Source: a virus (Duplodnaviria > Heunggongvirae > Uroviricota > Caudoviricetes). Taken from it: a stretch of 38,001 nucleotides of DNA. A program made the position numbers and the translations under genes. Below are positions 27,162-36,321 of this stretch, piece after piece (position 1 is the first letter of the stretch; every line of letters begins with the position of its first letter). The notes under the pieces were generated by a model that saw only the letters and a program-made list of their open reading frames with translations, searched no databases and had not been told where the DNA came from. The DNA is taken from IMG/VR virus record IMGVR_UViG_3300029543_000199; one strand, written 5' to 3'.

Positions 27162-27773
27162 TTATTTATCCCCTTTTGTCATCGGAACGACTTTATTCTT
27201 TCTGCTCTGAGATGCGAAAGCCTGTACAACCTTACCTTCGTCGATATCTCCACTGGAAACTGCGTTGATGAGCTTCGCAACATCATCTGTAGACACTCCG
27301 GCAAACATATTTTCCATGCTGCTTGTCAAATTTTCAAATTCCTGATTGAGACGATTCATCTGAGCATATACCATCTGTACATTCATCTGAGCCATATTAG
27401 AAATCTTACTTTCGATAGCATTGATAATCTCTCCAAACTGGCGACCTTCGATATGATTAAGAACCGCATCTACGATATCTGAATTATAGATAGCAGCGTA
27501 TCTCTCCGAGAGATCTTTTGGCAGATCAAAGTTAGCATACATCTCAAGCAAGCAGCTCTTGATTGCAAAGTCTTTTACTTCCGGCATATATTCGCCTTCT
27601 TCACTGAAACATGTTTTAACAACATAATCAACAAATTCGAGCATAACATTCATAGGTAACACTCTGTTTACAACAACTTCCATACCATTCCATTCAAATG
27701 ATGATGTTGGTTCTGCAATATTGCTAACGGCTTCCATCAGTGTTGCTGCGTCGATTCTATTCGCTTTTTCCAT
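27162..27773 (-). CDS. Hypothetical protein, possible tail assembly chaperone
   Basis: Acidic helical 203-aa protein between major tail and tape measure genes. Confidence 0.5.
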   Translation of the reverse strand: MEKANRIDAATLMEAVSNIAEPTSSFEWNGMEVVVNRVLPMNVMLEFVDYVVKTCFSEEGEYMPEVKDFAIKSCLLEMYANFDLPKDLSERYAAIYNSDIVDAVLNHIEGRQFGEIINAIESKISNMAQMNVQMVYAQMNRLNQEFENLTSSMENMFAGVSTDDVAKLINAVSSGDIDEGKVVQAFASQSRKNKVVPMTKGDK

Positions 27774-28245
27774 TATTCTGTTCCTCCATTTTCTCTTTCT
27801 TTGCTTTAAGTCTTTCTCTTTTTCGGATGGCTCTTTGTTGTTTTACGTACTCGTAAGAACGCCAGCCTCCGTCTATTCCGGATAGTGTCATCCATCTATA
27901 ATCCACATCCGGGTACCTGTACCAAAATAACTTTCGTTTAATGTTTGCAACTGAGTCAGGACATCCTTTGATATCAATAACAACCTGCGATCCGTCTCTA
28001 TATTCGATGAAAAAATCAGCGACATAAGTAATAGGGTGAACTGTTTTATCATCGTGTTTAAACTTTGGTTGTAACTCATATGGTTTCTGAAGCTCGACAT
28101 TGACCACATCGCCACTCTCCATTAAAGGGCAAAGCACATCACGATAATATTTCATCTCCATAATTGAATCGAATACGATGTCATTATAGGTACGCTGAGA
28201 AGTGTCTTTATCGACATTAAATTTTGTCCTTGCGATAATAATCAC
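27757..28245 (-). CDS. DUF1064-family PD-(D/E)xK endonuclease-like protein
   Basis: FDSxxE, LQKPYELQP, ITYVADF, VIDIKG and KRKLF motifs. Confidence 0.75.
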   Translation of the reverse strand: MIIIARTKFNVDKDTSQRTYNDIVFDSIMEMKYYRDVLCPLMESGDVVNVELQKPYELQPKFKHDDKTVHPITYVADFFIEYRDGSQVVIDIKGCPDSVANIKRKLFWYRYPDVDYRWMTLSGIDGGWRSYEYVKQQRAIRKRERLKAKKEKMEEQNNGKSE

Positions 28246-28258
28246 CTCATGAAAATAA

Positions 28259-28283
28259 GGCTACACCTTAAAAAGATGTAGCC
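28259..28283 (-). terminator. Intrinsic terminator
   Basis: GGCTACA/TGTAGCC stem followed by TTATTTT. Confidence 0.6.
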
Positions 28284-28301
28284 ATGTGCTATATTTAATT
28301 G

Positions 28302-28586
28302 TTACTCTGTATCTTCCTCATCGAAATCGTCCTCAAACCAAGAATCTTCCCCGTCGCATTCGTCGAGGTCGCTATAGTTCAAAGACGATTCAGCAGGCTT
28401 TTTGTTTGGAACTATTTGATTTGCATCTTCAGCCCGTGATGCCTCAATCTCTGCAAGGTAGATACTACCATGTTCGGGACAACACGCAACATCCTGATAC
28501 CGGAAGATACCATCTACTCGTCTAAGTGTGTGGCAGTATTCATATTCTTTACCACACACTTTACAAATTCTTGTAGCTGTAGGCAT
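28302..28586 (-). CDS. Small Cys-rich (zinc-finger-like) protein with acidic tail
   Basis: CKVCGKEYEYC...CCPEH; ATG 28586 after GGAAGGTGG. Confidence 0.7.
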   Translation of the reverse strand: MPTATRICKVCGKEYEYCHTLRRVDGIFRYQDVACCPEHGSIYLAEIEASRAEDANQIVPNKKPAESSLNYSDLDECDGEDSWFEDDFDEEDTE

Positions 28587-28675
28587 TATTCCCACCTTCC
28601 TAATTCCGTCACGAGACTCTTTGTAGTTTCATCTACAATAGTTTTACTGTCATTCGTGAACAATGCCTGCGCTCT
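28586..28675 (-). other. Putative 29-codon stop-readthrough extension of the major tail protein
   Basis: In frame after TGA-A: RAQALFTNDSKTIVDETTKSLVTELGRWE. Its TAA overlaps the next ATG (TAATG). Confidence 0.5.
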
Positions 28676-29467
28676 TCATTCAGCATCAGCTGTATTTACA
28701 CCGAACACAGTGTATGTCCACAGGGAACCGCCAGCACCGCAGGCACCAGCAAGAGATTCTGCCTCAAATGCATGAGCAGTCTGGTTCTCACCCATTTCAA
28801 GAGAGAACTCTCCAGAGAAGTCAGCTTTTGGGATGAAGAACTGAATTCTATATACGTTACCGCATTTGTCCTCTCCAAAAGCATCGATGTACAGAGTGCA
28901 TTTCTCAGAGTAAACATCGCTTTCATTATCCAAAACATCAGCTTTGATACGTCTCTTGTAATAAACGATAACTTCAGTGCCATCAGCTACATCTGTGTGG
29001 AATGTAAGAGCTTTTGTTCCAGGTGTATATGTAAATTTACCTGTTCCAGCCGTAGATGCCTGTACGAGTTCCTCTCCGACTGAACCATCCGCGTTACGAA
29101 TAAACAGCGCCTCGATTTCAGCTCCTGTTGTACCGATAGCTTTGTATTTTGTAGCAGTCTTATTACCAGACACAGTGAGATAGTCTGTCCACATTACTTC
29201 AGTGGCTTTGTTTTCAAATTTTCCACCAGTCTGAGCTTCAAGCAGTCCGCCAGACACGAGACCGTTTGTACCGCTGATAGTTACAGCCTTATTACGTTTC
29301 AGGTTAGACAGTTTGCGTCCGCCCTTACCAGTAATTTCTGTAGATTCCTGAGTATTTGCGATAGTTGCATTCTGCAGTTCATCCAGTGTGAATCTATAAT
29401 TACCAGTTACAAGGTCAAAGGCGGAGATTGTCTCAAGACTTGTGATAGTAATATCTTTGATATTCAT
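28676..29467 (-). CDS. Major tail (tube) protein
   Basis: 263 aa, Thr/Gly-rich beta protein downstream of the head-tail genes; strong GGAGG RBS. Confidence 0.75.
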   Translation of the reverse strand: MNIKDITITSLETISAFDLVTGNYRFTLDELQNATIANTQESTEITGKGGRKLSNLKRNKAVTISGTNGLVSGGLLEAQTGGKFENKATEVMWTDYLTVSGNKTATKYKAIGTTGAEIEALFIRNADGSVGEELVQASTAGTGKFTYTPGTKALTFHTDVADGTEVIVYYKRRIKADVLDNESDVYSEKCTLYIDAFGEDKCGNVYRIQFFIPKADFSGEFSLEMGENQTAHAFEAESLAGACGAGGSLWTYTVFGVNTADAE

Positions 29468-29488
29468 AATATTCCTCCTATTGTTTTA

Positions 29489-30211
29489 TTAGTGAACGAG
29501 CCAGTTCAAATCTTTCTGACTCAATTCTTTTGGATTTATTGTTCCGGTATATATACCGTACATTCTGTTGTCATAATCGGTCTTTTTAATAACCTGCCGA
29601 ACACTTTCATTGAATTGATAAATAGAAAGTTCTCTTGTCCCCTCAAAATCATATTTAAACTGTTCGGTATTAACCATTGCGATTATGAGAGATTCCAGCT
29701 GTGAATCTTCTTTGCGGTCTTTATGCCGCTTGAGTTTTTCACGAGCACGCCTTAACATATACTCTTTTGCTTCATCATTAGCAGGTCGTCTGTGATTCTT
29801 TTCTAGGTGGTGTAACTTCCGTAGAACAGAAGCCATCTGGCTGTGAATTGCTCTATCAATCGTGATGTCATGTTTTTCATCACGAATAATGAATTTTCCA
29901 TTCTGCGGACTGATTCCAATTTCAAAGCATGATAAATCCAAATCTCCAAACACGAGACTCAGGTCATATTTATCCATCTGCTTTAAATTTTCAAAAAGCA
30001 GTACAAATAATTGCCATGCATTGATTGTCGTAAAATCTATCCCAAGGTCATCAAGCTGCACCATGAAATCGATTGGCATAGCTGTTATAGCAGACACAAT
30101 ATTGTAATAAGTATCTTCGTTATCCAATACCTGTCCGACCGATGGGACTACTATACGGATGGAATCATTGATTTCGTAAGAATCACGATAGAGCAGATGT
30201 AAAGTTGACAT
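29489..30211 (-). CDS. Conserved phage tail-region protein
   Basis: 240 aa with an LSIYQFN...YGIYTG C-terminal motif; TAATG coupling. Confidence 0.6.
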   Translation of the reverse strand: MSTLHLLYRDSYEINDSIRIVVPSVGQVLDNEDTYYNIVSAITAMPIDFMVQLDDLGIDFTTINAWQLFVLLFENLKQMDKYDLSLVFGDLDLSCFEIGISPQNGKFIIRDEKHDITIDRAIHSQMASVLRKLHHLEKNHRRPANDEAKEYMLRRAREKLKRHKDRKEDSQLESLIIAMVNTEQFKYDFEGTRELSIYQFNESVRQVIKKTDYDNRMYGIYTGTINPKELSQKDLNWLVH

Positions 30212-30714
30212 TATCCCGTCTTACGATTTACGGGTATCGGTTTCTTCGGATTGTATTGCATGTTGAAATCCTTCGCATGGAAGGTCATAAGCTTTCCATT
30301 GAAGTCAGTCATCGGAGCAAATCTCTTTACTGCATATAGTTCAAGTTCTCCAAGACCATAGTTCCGACTTCCGTTAATCGTTTTTGCAATCTCTACGCAT
30401 AGCTTGTCTGTTCTAACACCACCACCGTTAGGTAGACGAAGTTTGCTTCTATGGGTAAAAACCCATATGTATAAGACCGGATATAGAAATGTCTTATTTG
30501 CAGTTGCCTCTTGTATATCTACATCGAAGCAAATAAATGTTTTGCCATGTTCGACCGTATCTGGGATATATTCACATGGAAACACTTGTGTATAAGCCAA
30601 CTCAGCAGCATCCTCTAATTCGATATCAGAATTCAGAAGAGATACGATATCCTTATTTGTCAGAATGTCGCCCATGAGCTGATTTTTGTAGTCGTAGAAT
30701 TCCTCTAACTGCAT
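30211..30714 (-). CDS. Putative tail terminator/completion protein
   Basis: Position and size; start ATG 30714 overlaps the upstream TAA. Confidence 0.55.
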   Translation of the reverse strand: MQLEEFYDYKNQLMGDILTNKDIVSLLNSDIELEDAAELAYTQVFPCEYIPDTVEHGKTFICFDVDIQEATANKTFLYPVLYIWVFTHRSKLRLPNGGGVRTDKLCVEIAKTINGSRNYGLGELELYAVKRFAPMTDFNGKLMTFHAKDFNMQYNPKKPIPVNRKTG

Positions 30715-31481
30715 TACAACCATCCCTTCTTACCGGTTCCTGATGATGTGTTGTTATCTTTATCATCTTTATTTCCGGTATCTGAATTTTCTTTCTTAGG
30801 AAAATGTAAATAATAATTTGCAATTCCCAACTCGAAATTATCATTATCTGTTGATACCACTTCCTGCAAAACGAAAGAGTATACGCCATGACCGTTATAG
30901 GTTTTTCCAACCTTTAGCGGCTTTGTAAGAAGATATGCATTCATCTTTAACGACTCAGGGTCGTCTATAAGAAATCTGCAATTACGTGAAAACTTCACTG
31001 TATCTGAATTGCGAGCAATCGTCATCGCTATACGTGAGTCTCCTCTGGTAACAAAGAAATCTTTATCTTCGTATTCTCCGGTAAGATATTTTGTTCCATC
31101 TTCAATGACACACCATTGCTCATGAATGATATGATCCTCATCAATCCATTTGAGAAGGAAGTTACACTGCAGGAGCTTCACCCTTGTTCGCAGTTCGTTG
31201 TTTGCATCTTTCTCCGTAATAAGCCAATGGTTGTCAGCCCATTCAACAAGACTTCCACACATAAAATCTTCACCTGGCAGAGAATGCATAATTTTTTCAT
31301 TTAAGTTGTCAGAGTCATCTATAATTACAGAACGTTCCTCTCCGTCAATCAGAACGCCGTGATAGGAGAGTGAGTCTCCAAGTTTTTCAGAAAGCCTTCT
31401 TGAAGTGCGGAAGAGCGCAGCTTCACGTTTTGTCTTACCCTGTACATATACACGGTTTTCATATGTATCCCATATTCCCAT
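30714..31481 (-). CDS. Putative head-closure/head-tail joining protein
   Basis: Position; start ATG 31481 after GAGGAGG. Confidence 0.55.
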   Translation of the reverse strand: MGIWDTYENRVYVQGKTKREAALFRTSRRLSEKLGDSLSYHGVLIDGEERSVIIDDSDNLNEKIMHSLPGEDFMCGSLVEWADNHWLITEKDANNELRTRVKLLQCNFLLKWIDEDHIIHEQWCVIEDGTKYLTGEYEDKDFFVTRGDSRIAMTIARNSDTVKFSRNCRFLIDDPESLKMNAYLLTKPLKVGKTYNGHGVYSFVLQEVVSTDNDNFELGIANYYLHFPKKENSDTGNKDDKDNNTSSGTGKKGWL

Positions 31482-31483
31482 GA

Positions 31484-31825
31484 CTATACCTCCTCGACAG
31501 TAAAATACTCTTCGAGTTTGTTGCATACAGATATAGCGTGGAATACCTCACGCCTCACATCACTTACTGTGCATTCCGGTGTATCAATTAAATACTCCAG
31601 AATAGCCATAAGTGTTAGATAGGATGAATTTACCTGTAATTCAGGCAGTAAACCCTTTCCTCCGATAAGTTCAACACGCAGGCTACGCATATATGTTGTC
31701 AATGACTCTTCTCCATTTTCTCGCATAGGGAGAATCTTAAAAAATCGATTTACGAGATCGTGGAAATAATTCTTTACGAGATTATTTCGGACTGTTTGTC
31801 CTGTTACTGTAACTACGCCACTCAT
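31484..31825 (-). CDS. Hypothetical phage protein
   Basis: 113 aa; ATGA overlap with the upstream gene. Confidence 0.6.
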   Translation of the reverse strand: MSGVVTVTGQTVRNNLVKNYFHDLVNRFFKILPMRENGEESLTTYMRSLRVELIGGKGLLPELQVNSSYLTLMAILEYLIDTPECTVSDVRREVFHAISVCNKLEEYFTVEEV

Positions 31826-32271
31826 AAGTGTAAGTCCGTCAAATCTCCAGTATTAAAGGAATACTCCCTGACCATTTGGGTGTAGTCCTTTTTAGCATCT
31901 GCATATGCGTTCCCTACACGCAAAAGCAGTTCAGCAGGAGAGTAGGTTGTGAAATCTTGCGTATTGATAGCATTTTCTAATAACTCCTGCCTGTATACAT
32001 ATGGTTTCAACCACTGCACAATCATTCCCTCAGAAATAATATCTGCAATTTCAATCAAGTCTTCTTCCGGAATGTCTACATCGAATTCTCTTATTTCGTC
32101 ATCAGATGTGGTTGATAAATCATATTGACAAATTTTCTTAAAACCGCTGATTGCTCGTTTCATGTAACCAGTGACAATGCTGTCTCTTTGAGATTTTTCA
32201 AGAGATAATAGGTCTCTTTCGGTTACCTTCTCCAGAAATGAGCCGATGAATACGTCATAAGAAACGCTCAT
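31822..32271 (-). CDS. Putative head-tail adaptor
   Basis: 149-aa helical protein downstream of capsid; DFTTYSPAELL motif. Confidence 0.55.
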   Translation of the reverse strand: MSVSYDVFIGSFLEKVTERDLLSLEKSQRDSIVTGYMKRAISGFKKICQYDLSTTSDDEIREFDVDIPEEDLIEIADIISEGMIVQWLKPYVYRQELLENAINTQDFTTYSPAELLLRVGNAYADAKKDYTQMVREYSFNTGDLTDLHL

Positions 32272-32282
32272 ACGAACCCCTC

Positions 32283-32861
32283 CTATCTATCACGCTCAAC
32301 CAGCTCAACTCCGAGAGACTCCTCCAGAGCAGTGATTGCTTTGTTGGAATCAATGGCACCATCTGCAATAAGAACTCTCGCTCTGTAAGCCACAGACTTT
32401 TTCTGACCATCTGACATATCACTGATTATTTCAGAGATTGTCTTCGCATCCTTCTGAAAGATTTCGTCAAAATCTTCAATACGTACTGCGTTACGGTAAA
32501 ATCTCTGTACACCGAGATAATCGACAATCCAGTCCTCATCGAACATAAACCAGTTATTTTCAAAGAACTTCTTATATGAATTTTTTGCGTTCTTCAATTC
32601 ACGAAGTTCCATTTCCTGTTCGGCACCAAACTGATCCCATACGAATCTTTCTCCAGTATGTTTGCTAACATATACCAGTCGTCCCTGAAAACCATTGCGA
32701 ACAGTTACATACTGTTCGGGGTCAATATCTTTTGGAACAATAGGTTTCACAGTTTTTTCAGCAGCCTTTTTAGTCCGAGTTTTTCTCTTTGGAGTTTCGG
32801 CAGCTACGGATTCTGTAACTGCATTCTGTTCCACAACCTGAGTTTCAGTTTTATCTTCCAT
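32283..32861 (-). CDS. Hypothetical phage protein
   Basis: 192 aa with an AAGGAG RBS, following the capsid gene. Confidence 0.65.
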   Translation of the reverse strand: MEDKTETQVVEQNAVTESVAAETPKRKTRTKKAAEKTVKPIVPKDIDPEQYVTVRNGFQGRLVYVSKHTGERFVWDQFGAEQEMELRELKNAKNSYKKFFENNWFMFDEDWIVDYLGVQRFYRNAVRIEDFDEIFQKDAKTISEIISDMSDGQKKSVAYRARVLIADGAIDSNKAITALEESLGVELVERDR

Positions 32862-32881
32862 AATTACTCCTTCCGTTCATG

Positions 32882-32906
32882 AACGGGAGCCATCACAGCT
32901 CCCGTT
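32882..32906 (-). terminator. Hairpin after the major capsid gene
   Basis: Perfect 9-bp stem AACGGGAGC/GCTCCCGTT; no long U-tract. Confidence 0.55.
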
Positions 32907-32921
32907 GTATTTTTACTGCGA

Positions 32922-33938
32922 TTACGCATTCATTTCGTAACGACCAACACCAGCGTTACCACCAGCAAGAACGATACCCATTCCGTATTTCTCGCCGTAC
33001 AGGTATTCCTGAGTGAAGTCTGCGTTGCTCATTGGGTCACCCATGAGAACGATCGGGCTTCCTTCGTATACGACTTTAATCGGCTTGTCATCACCAGCGA
33101 TGATAGTGATAACATCGTCATCGAATACGAACTCAGTGGAGCCTACTTTATGGCGCTGTGGAGCAGCTACTACAGGAGTTCCATAGAACTTACCATAGTA
33201 TCCCATATTGTAGAGATCGTCTTTAGCGCCATCATTCTGGATGGAAGCTTTCAGTTTACGCAGTGCTTTCTTTGTCCCGATGATTGTAGCCTGCTGTCCA
33301 TTGGCAGCTGCCTCTACGTGAGAGATCAGGTCTAACAGTTCATCCTCGTCATATGCACCTGCAACCGGGAAATATGTAGTACCACCGAACTGGTCAGCAG
33401 TAGCGCCACTCCACAGAGTGTAGATGTCATTCAGAAGTTTCTGACGGAAGGATTCAGATACTTTGTTGATGAAGTCGTTGAAGTCAACACGACCTGCAAG
33501 TACACGATTCAGCTCCTCATAAATTCTGACTGTCTTGAGAGAAGTCGGAATAGATGCCTCAGATACACCGCCGAGTCTCTGACGTCTGATACCCTGAGTA
33601 CCATCAGCCGCTTCAGAAACTACGAACAGATTTCTATCCTCAACGAGGAAGATGTTCTTATCACCTTCAGGAACATTACGAAAATCAACCAGAGCATTAA
33701 AGTATTCATCGCCCTGAAGACCCTCAACAACAGTTCTGCTCAGTGTTTCCTCCAGAAGAGAGAACAGACCTGCACACTTACCGTCTCTGATTTTCTTATA
33801 GTCCAGGACGGTGCTTCCGCCGTTAGCCTCGATCAGAGCCTGTCTGAGCAGCTCCTGAGACTGACCTACGGAATATTTTTCAACCTTGCCTTTGTAACCA
33901 TCAACAGCAAGTTTTACAATATCTTTAATTTCAGCCAT
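32922..33938 (-). CDS. Major capsid protein
   Basis: 338 aa after protease/scaffold and decoration genes; AAGGAGG RBS and a downstream hairpin. Confidence 0.8.
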   Translation of the reverse strand: MAEIKDIVKLAVDGYKGKVEKYSVGQSQELLRQALIEANGGSTVLDYKKIRDGKCAGLFSLLEETLSRTVVEGLQGDEYFNALVDFRNVPEGDKNIFLVEDRNLFVVSEAADGTQGIRRQRLGGVSEASIPTSLKTVRIYEELNRVLAGRVDFNDFINKVSESFRQKLLNDIYTLWSGATADQFGGTTYFPVAGAYDEDELLDLISHVEAAANGQQATIIGTKKALRKLKASIQNDGAKDDLYNMGYYGKFYGTPVVAAPQRHKVGSTEFVFDDDVITIIAGDDKPIKVVYEGSPIVLMGDPMSNADFTQEYLYGEKYGMGIVLAGGNAGVGRYEMNA

Positions 33939-33987
33939 TATAAAAATCCTCCTTGTAAATTATTTAGTTAGCATGACTGGCGATTCT

Positions 33988-34497
33988 TTAGTCAATCTTG
34001 ATAACGTAGTATGTGTATCTACCGGCGATTTCAACGTCGATAATCTTTCCAACAGTTGTTGCACCAGAAGTTGCAGATGCGGCAACATTCAGTTTTGTGC
34101 CAGCTGCAAGCTCTACAATATTTCCCTTTGCAGGGGATGCGAGACCTGTCAGAGCTTCTTTAGTTACGGAGAACATATTTCCGGAATGGAGTCTATATCC
34201 TCTGCAAGCCTTGCCAGCCGGGTTAATGAATTCATCCAGGTTACGGAGTCTTTCGTCATACGGTACTTCCGGTGCTGCAATCAGTACGACCTCGCGAATC
34301 GGTGTATCTTTTGCAACATCTTCTCCGAGGAATACCTCGCGTTCACCGTCCATAAGATCAGAAGCTTTCAGGACACTTCCGTTTTCAATTTCGGTAGCAG
34401 TATTTTTACCTGTACCCATGTATTTAACAGACACAAGTTCGCTACGAACATCAGTACCAGTCATGTTGTCTGTTCTAACAACGCCATATTTAGCCAT
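33988..34497 (-). CDS. Capsid decoration/stabilising protein
   Basis: 169-aa beta-rich protein (IENGSVL) between scaffold and capsid genes. Confidence 0.6.
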   Translation of the reverse strand: MAKYGVVRTDNMTGTDVRSELVSVKYMGTGKNTATEIENGSVLKASDLMDGEREVFLGEDVAKDTPIREVVLIAAPEVPYDERLRNLDEFINPAGKACRGYRLHSGNMFSVTKEALTGLASPAKGNIVELAAGTKLNVAASATSGATTVGKIIDVEIAGRYTYYVIKID

Positions 34498-34511
34498 AAA
34501 TTTTTACCTCC

Positions 34512-36086
34512 TTATTCTTTAGCAGAGAAGCCGTACTCCTCAAAAAGACCGCCATAAGGCTGGTCTGCTTTGTTATTTTCTGGTGTTTCGATAGGTAGTT
34601 TAGGAGCCTTCTGACTGAAATTCATTTTAGTCTGTATTCCACGTCTACCACGAATTGCATAGCATTTCTCCTCAAGAGCATCCAGTTCAAACTTCATGCA
34701 GTCAGCATCACAATCTGTCTTTAGATTTTCAAATGCTTCTACACCTACTAGGTCTTCAAATTTAGCGAATACTTCTGCAATTTCAGATTTACGAGCTTCC
34801 TCCATAGCAGCTGTTTCTGTATCAGCTTTAAACTTACGAAGTTCCTCAAGCTCTGCCTCCATAGAAGTAATCGTTTCAGATGCGTTCTGGTATTTTGCTT
34901 CAAATTCAGCAGAAGCAGCGAACTTGTCAGTGATTACCTGTTCCATCTGCTCAAATACCTGCGCAATAGGAGAAACCTGCTCGCCCTCATCAAAATCAAC
35001 GATTACATATTTCTTGCGCTTTTTGTTCTCAAAATCGATTTCAATACTGTCTCCGTTTGTCTTGTAAGAGAATCCATAGAGCAGCCAATCGGTTCTGTCC
35101 CAGCAGTAAACTTCCATAGCGTCAAAGTCACAATCTACAAAGAAATAGCGACTGCATTCGCCCCATTCACACTGGATTTTCTCTGCATCGAGTGCTCGCA
35201 TGATTTCATCAACGACATTACTTGTAAGGGCGAATTTATTTTTATCTATATCAACCTCTGGGTCAGACTTTTTGTCAGCCTCTGTGATTGCTTTGAATTT
35301 TTCTTCAAGCGCCTCAACAGTAAAATCATCAATGGAGAAATCAAGAGTATTAACATCAATGCCATACTTTTCAATTAAATTCTGTTTATCCAATCCTTTA
35401 CTTCCTCCTTCCATTGAGTATTTGTGTGAGTGTATATTGCCAGTCTCATCAGAGACAGTGACATCTTTAAAACTATCCTTTAGCTCAAGCATCATCTTAG
35501 AAAATTCCTGTTTGAAATCCTGTTTTGAAAATGCAAGAGATGCAGATTCATAGCACGGTTCAACACCGATCAATGCAAATGCTGTAAACTCAAAATCTTT
35601 GATACAGTAAATCCCATTGATGGTTTCACCATCCTTGACGGTAATTTCCATGCTTTGAGCTGTAATTCCATCTTTTTTGATTTTCCTATAAGCCTCCTGG
35701 CGCTTCCAGATCAAAACCTCAGCGCACAGATATTCGTTTACAGTACCGTCATCTTCCTCGACAGTTTCCCAGTATACTTTTGCCGTCTGCGGAACTACAC
35801 CAATCGGCTGTGTCAGATTCACAAGAATCAGACTACCGTCATCCTTACGGACAAGTTCCATATCATGACCGCCGAGAGTATCAGTCTCTCTGTCGTAATT
35901 GCATACAACCGGGCAGTTATAAATCGTTTTGATGCATCTCTCAAATACATCTTTAGAAATAGAACTGCCATTTCGGTTATCTCCTGTGTATGCGATACGG
36001 AGAATCCCGGAATCAAAAGAAGAGTTAATCTCGCATAAATCGGTTAAAGATGATGCATATGTAAGATTTAAAATCTCTGTTTTCAT
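34512..36086 (-). CDS. Prohead protease-scaffold fusion
   Basis: N-terminal YTGDNRNGS, GGHD, QSMEI, ALIGVEPCYESA; acidic coiled-coil C-terminal half. Confidence 0.75.
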   Translation of the reverse strand: MKTEILNLTYASSLTDLCEINSSFDSGILRIAYTGDNRNGSSISKDVFERCIKTIYNCPVVCNYDRETDTLGGHDMELVRKDDGSLILVNLTQPIGVVPQTAKVYWETVEEDDGTVNEYLCAEVLIWKRQEAYRKIKKDGITAQSMEITVKDGETINGIYCIKDFEFTAFALIGVEPCYESASLAFSKQDFKQEFSKMMLELKDSFKDVTVSDETGNIHSHKYSMEGGSKGLDKQNLIEKYGIDVNTLDFSIDDFTVEALEEKFKAITEADKKSDPEVDIDKNKFALTSNVVDEIMRALDAEKIQCEWGECSRYFFVDCDFDAMEVYCWDRTDWLLYGFSYKTNGDSIEIDFENKKRKKYVIVDFDEGEQVSPIAQVFEQMEQVITDKFAASAEFEAKYQNASETITSMEAELEELRKFKADTETAAMEEARKSEIAEVFAKFEDLVGVEAFENLKTDCDADCMKFELDALEEKCYAIRGRRGIQTKMNFSQKAPKLPIETPENNKADQPYGGLFEEYGFSAKE

Positions 36087-36109
36087 CTATAACCTCCGTA
36101 ATACAAAGA

Positions 36110-36131
36110 CCCGCATGATTATTCATGCGGG
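36110..36131 (-). terminator. Intrinsic terminator-like hairpin
   Basis: Perfect 9-bp stem CCCGCATGA/TCATGCGGG followed by TCTTTGT. Confidence 0.6.
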
Positions 36132-36308
36132 CTAAAAAGTCAAAATGTCTGAAAGAGCAAATGTTCCATCATTCATGGAGAAACATAATTCCTCTTTATT
36201 TTTAAAGACATATATCTTTTGGGTATTATCCGCTTTCAGCAGTGTGTATCCCTGTGACAGAAGAACGTCTCTATCCGACTCACTGAAAGCATATATGAAT
36301 TTTTTCAT
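36132..36308 (-). CDS. Small 58-aa protein missing from the ORF track
   Basis: MKKFIYAFSESDRDVLLSQGYTLLK...SDILTF, with an AGGCGGTG RBS; fills the portal-protease gap. Confidence 0.7.
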   Translation of the reverse strand: MKKFIYAFSESDRDVLLSQGYTLLKADNTQKIYVFKNKEELCFSMNDGTFALSDILTF

Positions 36309-36321
36309 GAATCATCACCGC

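Noticed and set aside
27162..27185. Tail-chaperone -1 frameshift at AAAAGGGG
   Set aside because: It is not in the X XXY YYZ register, and the next gene has its own ATG.
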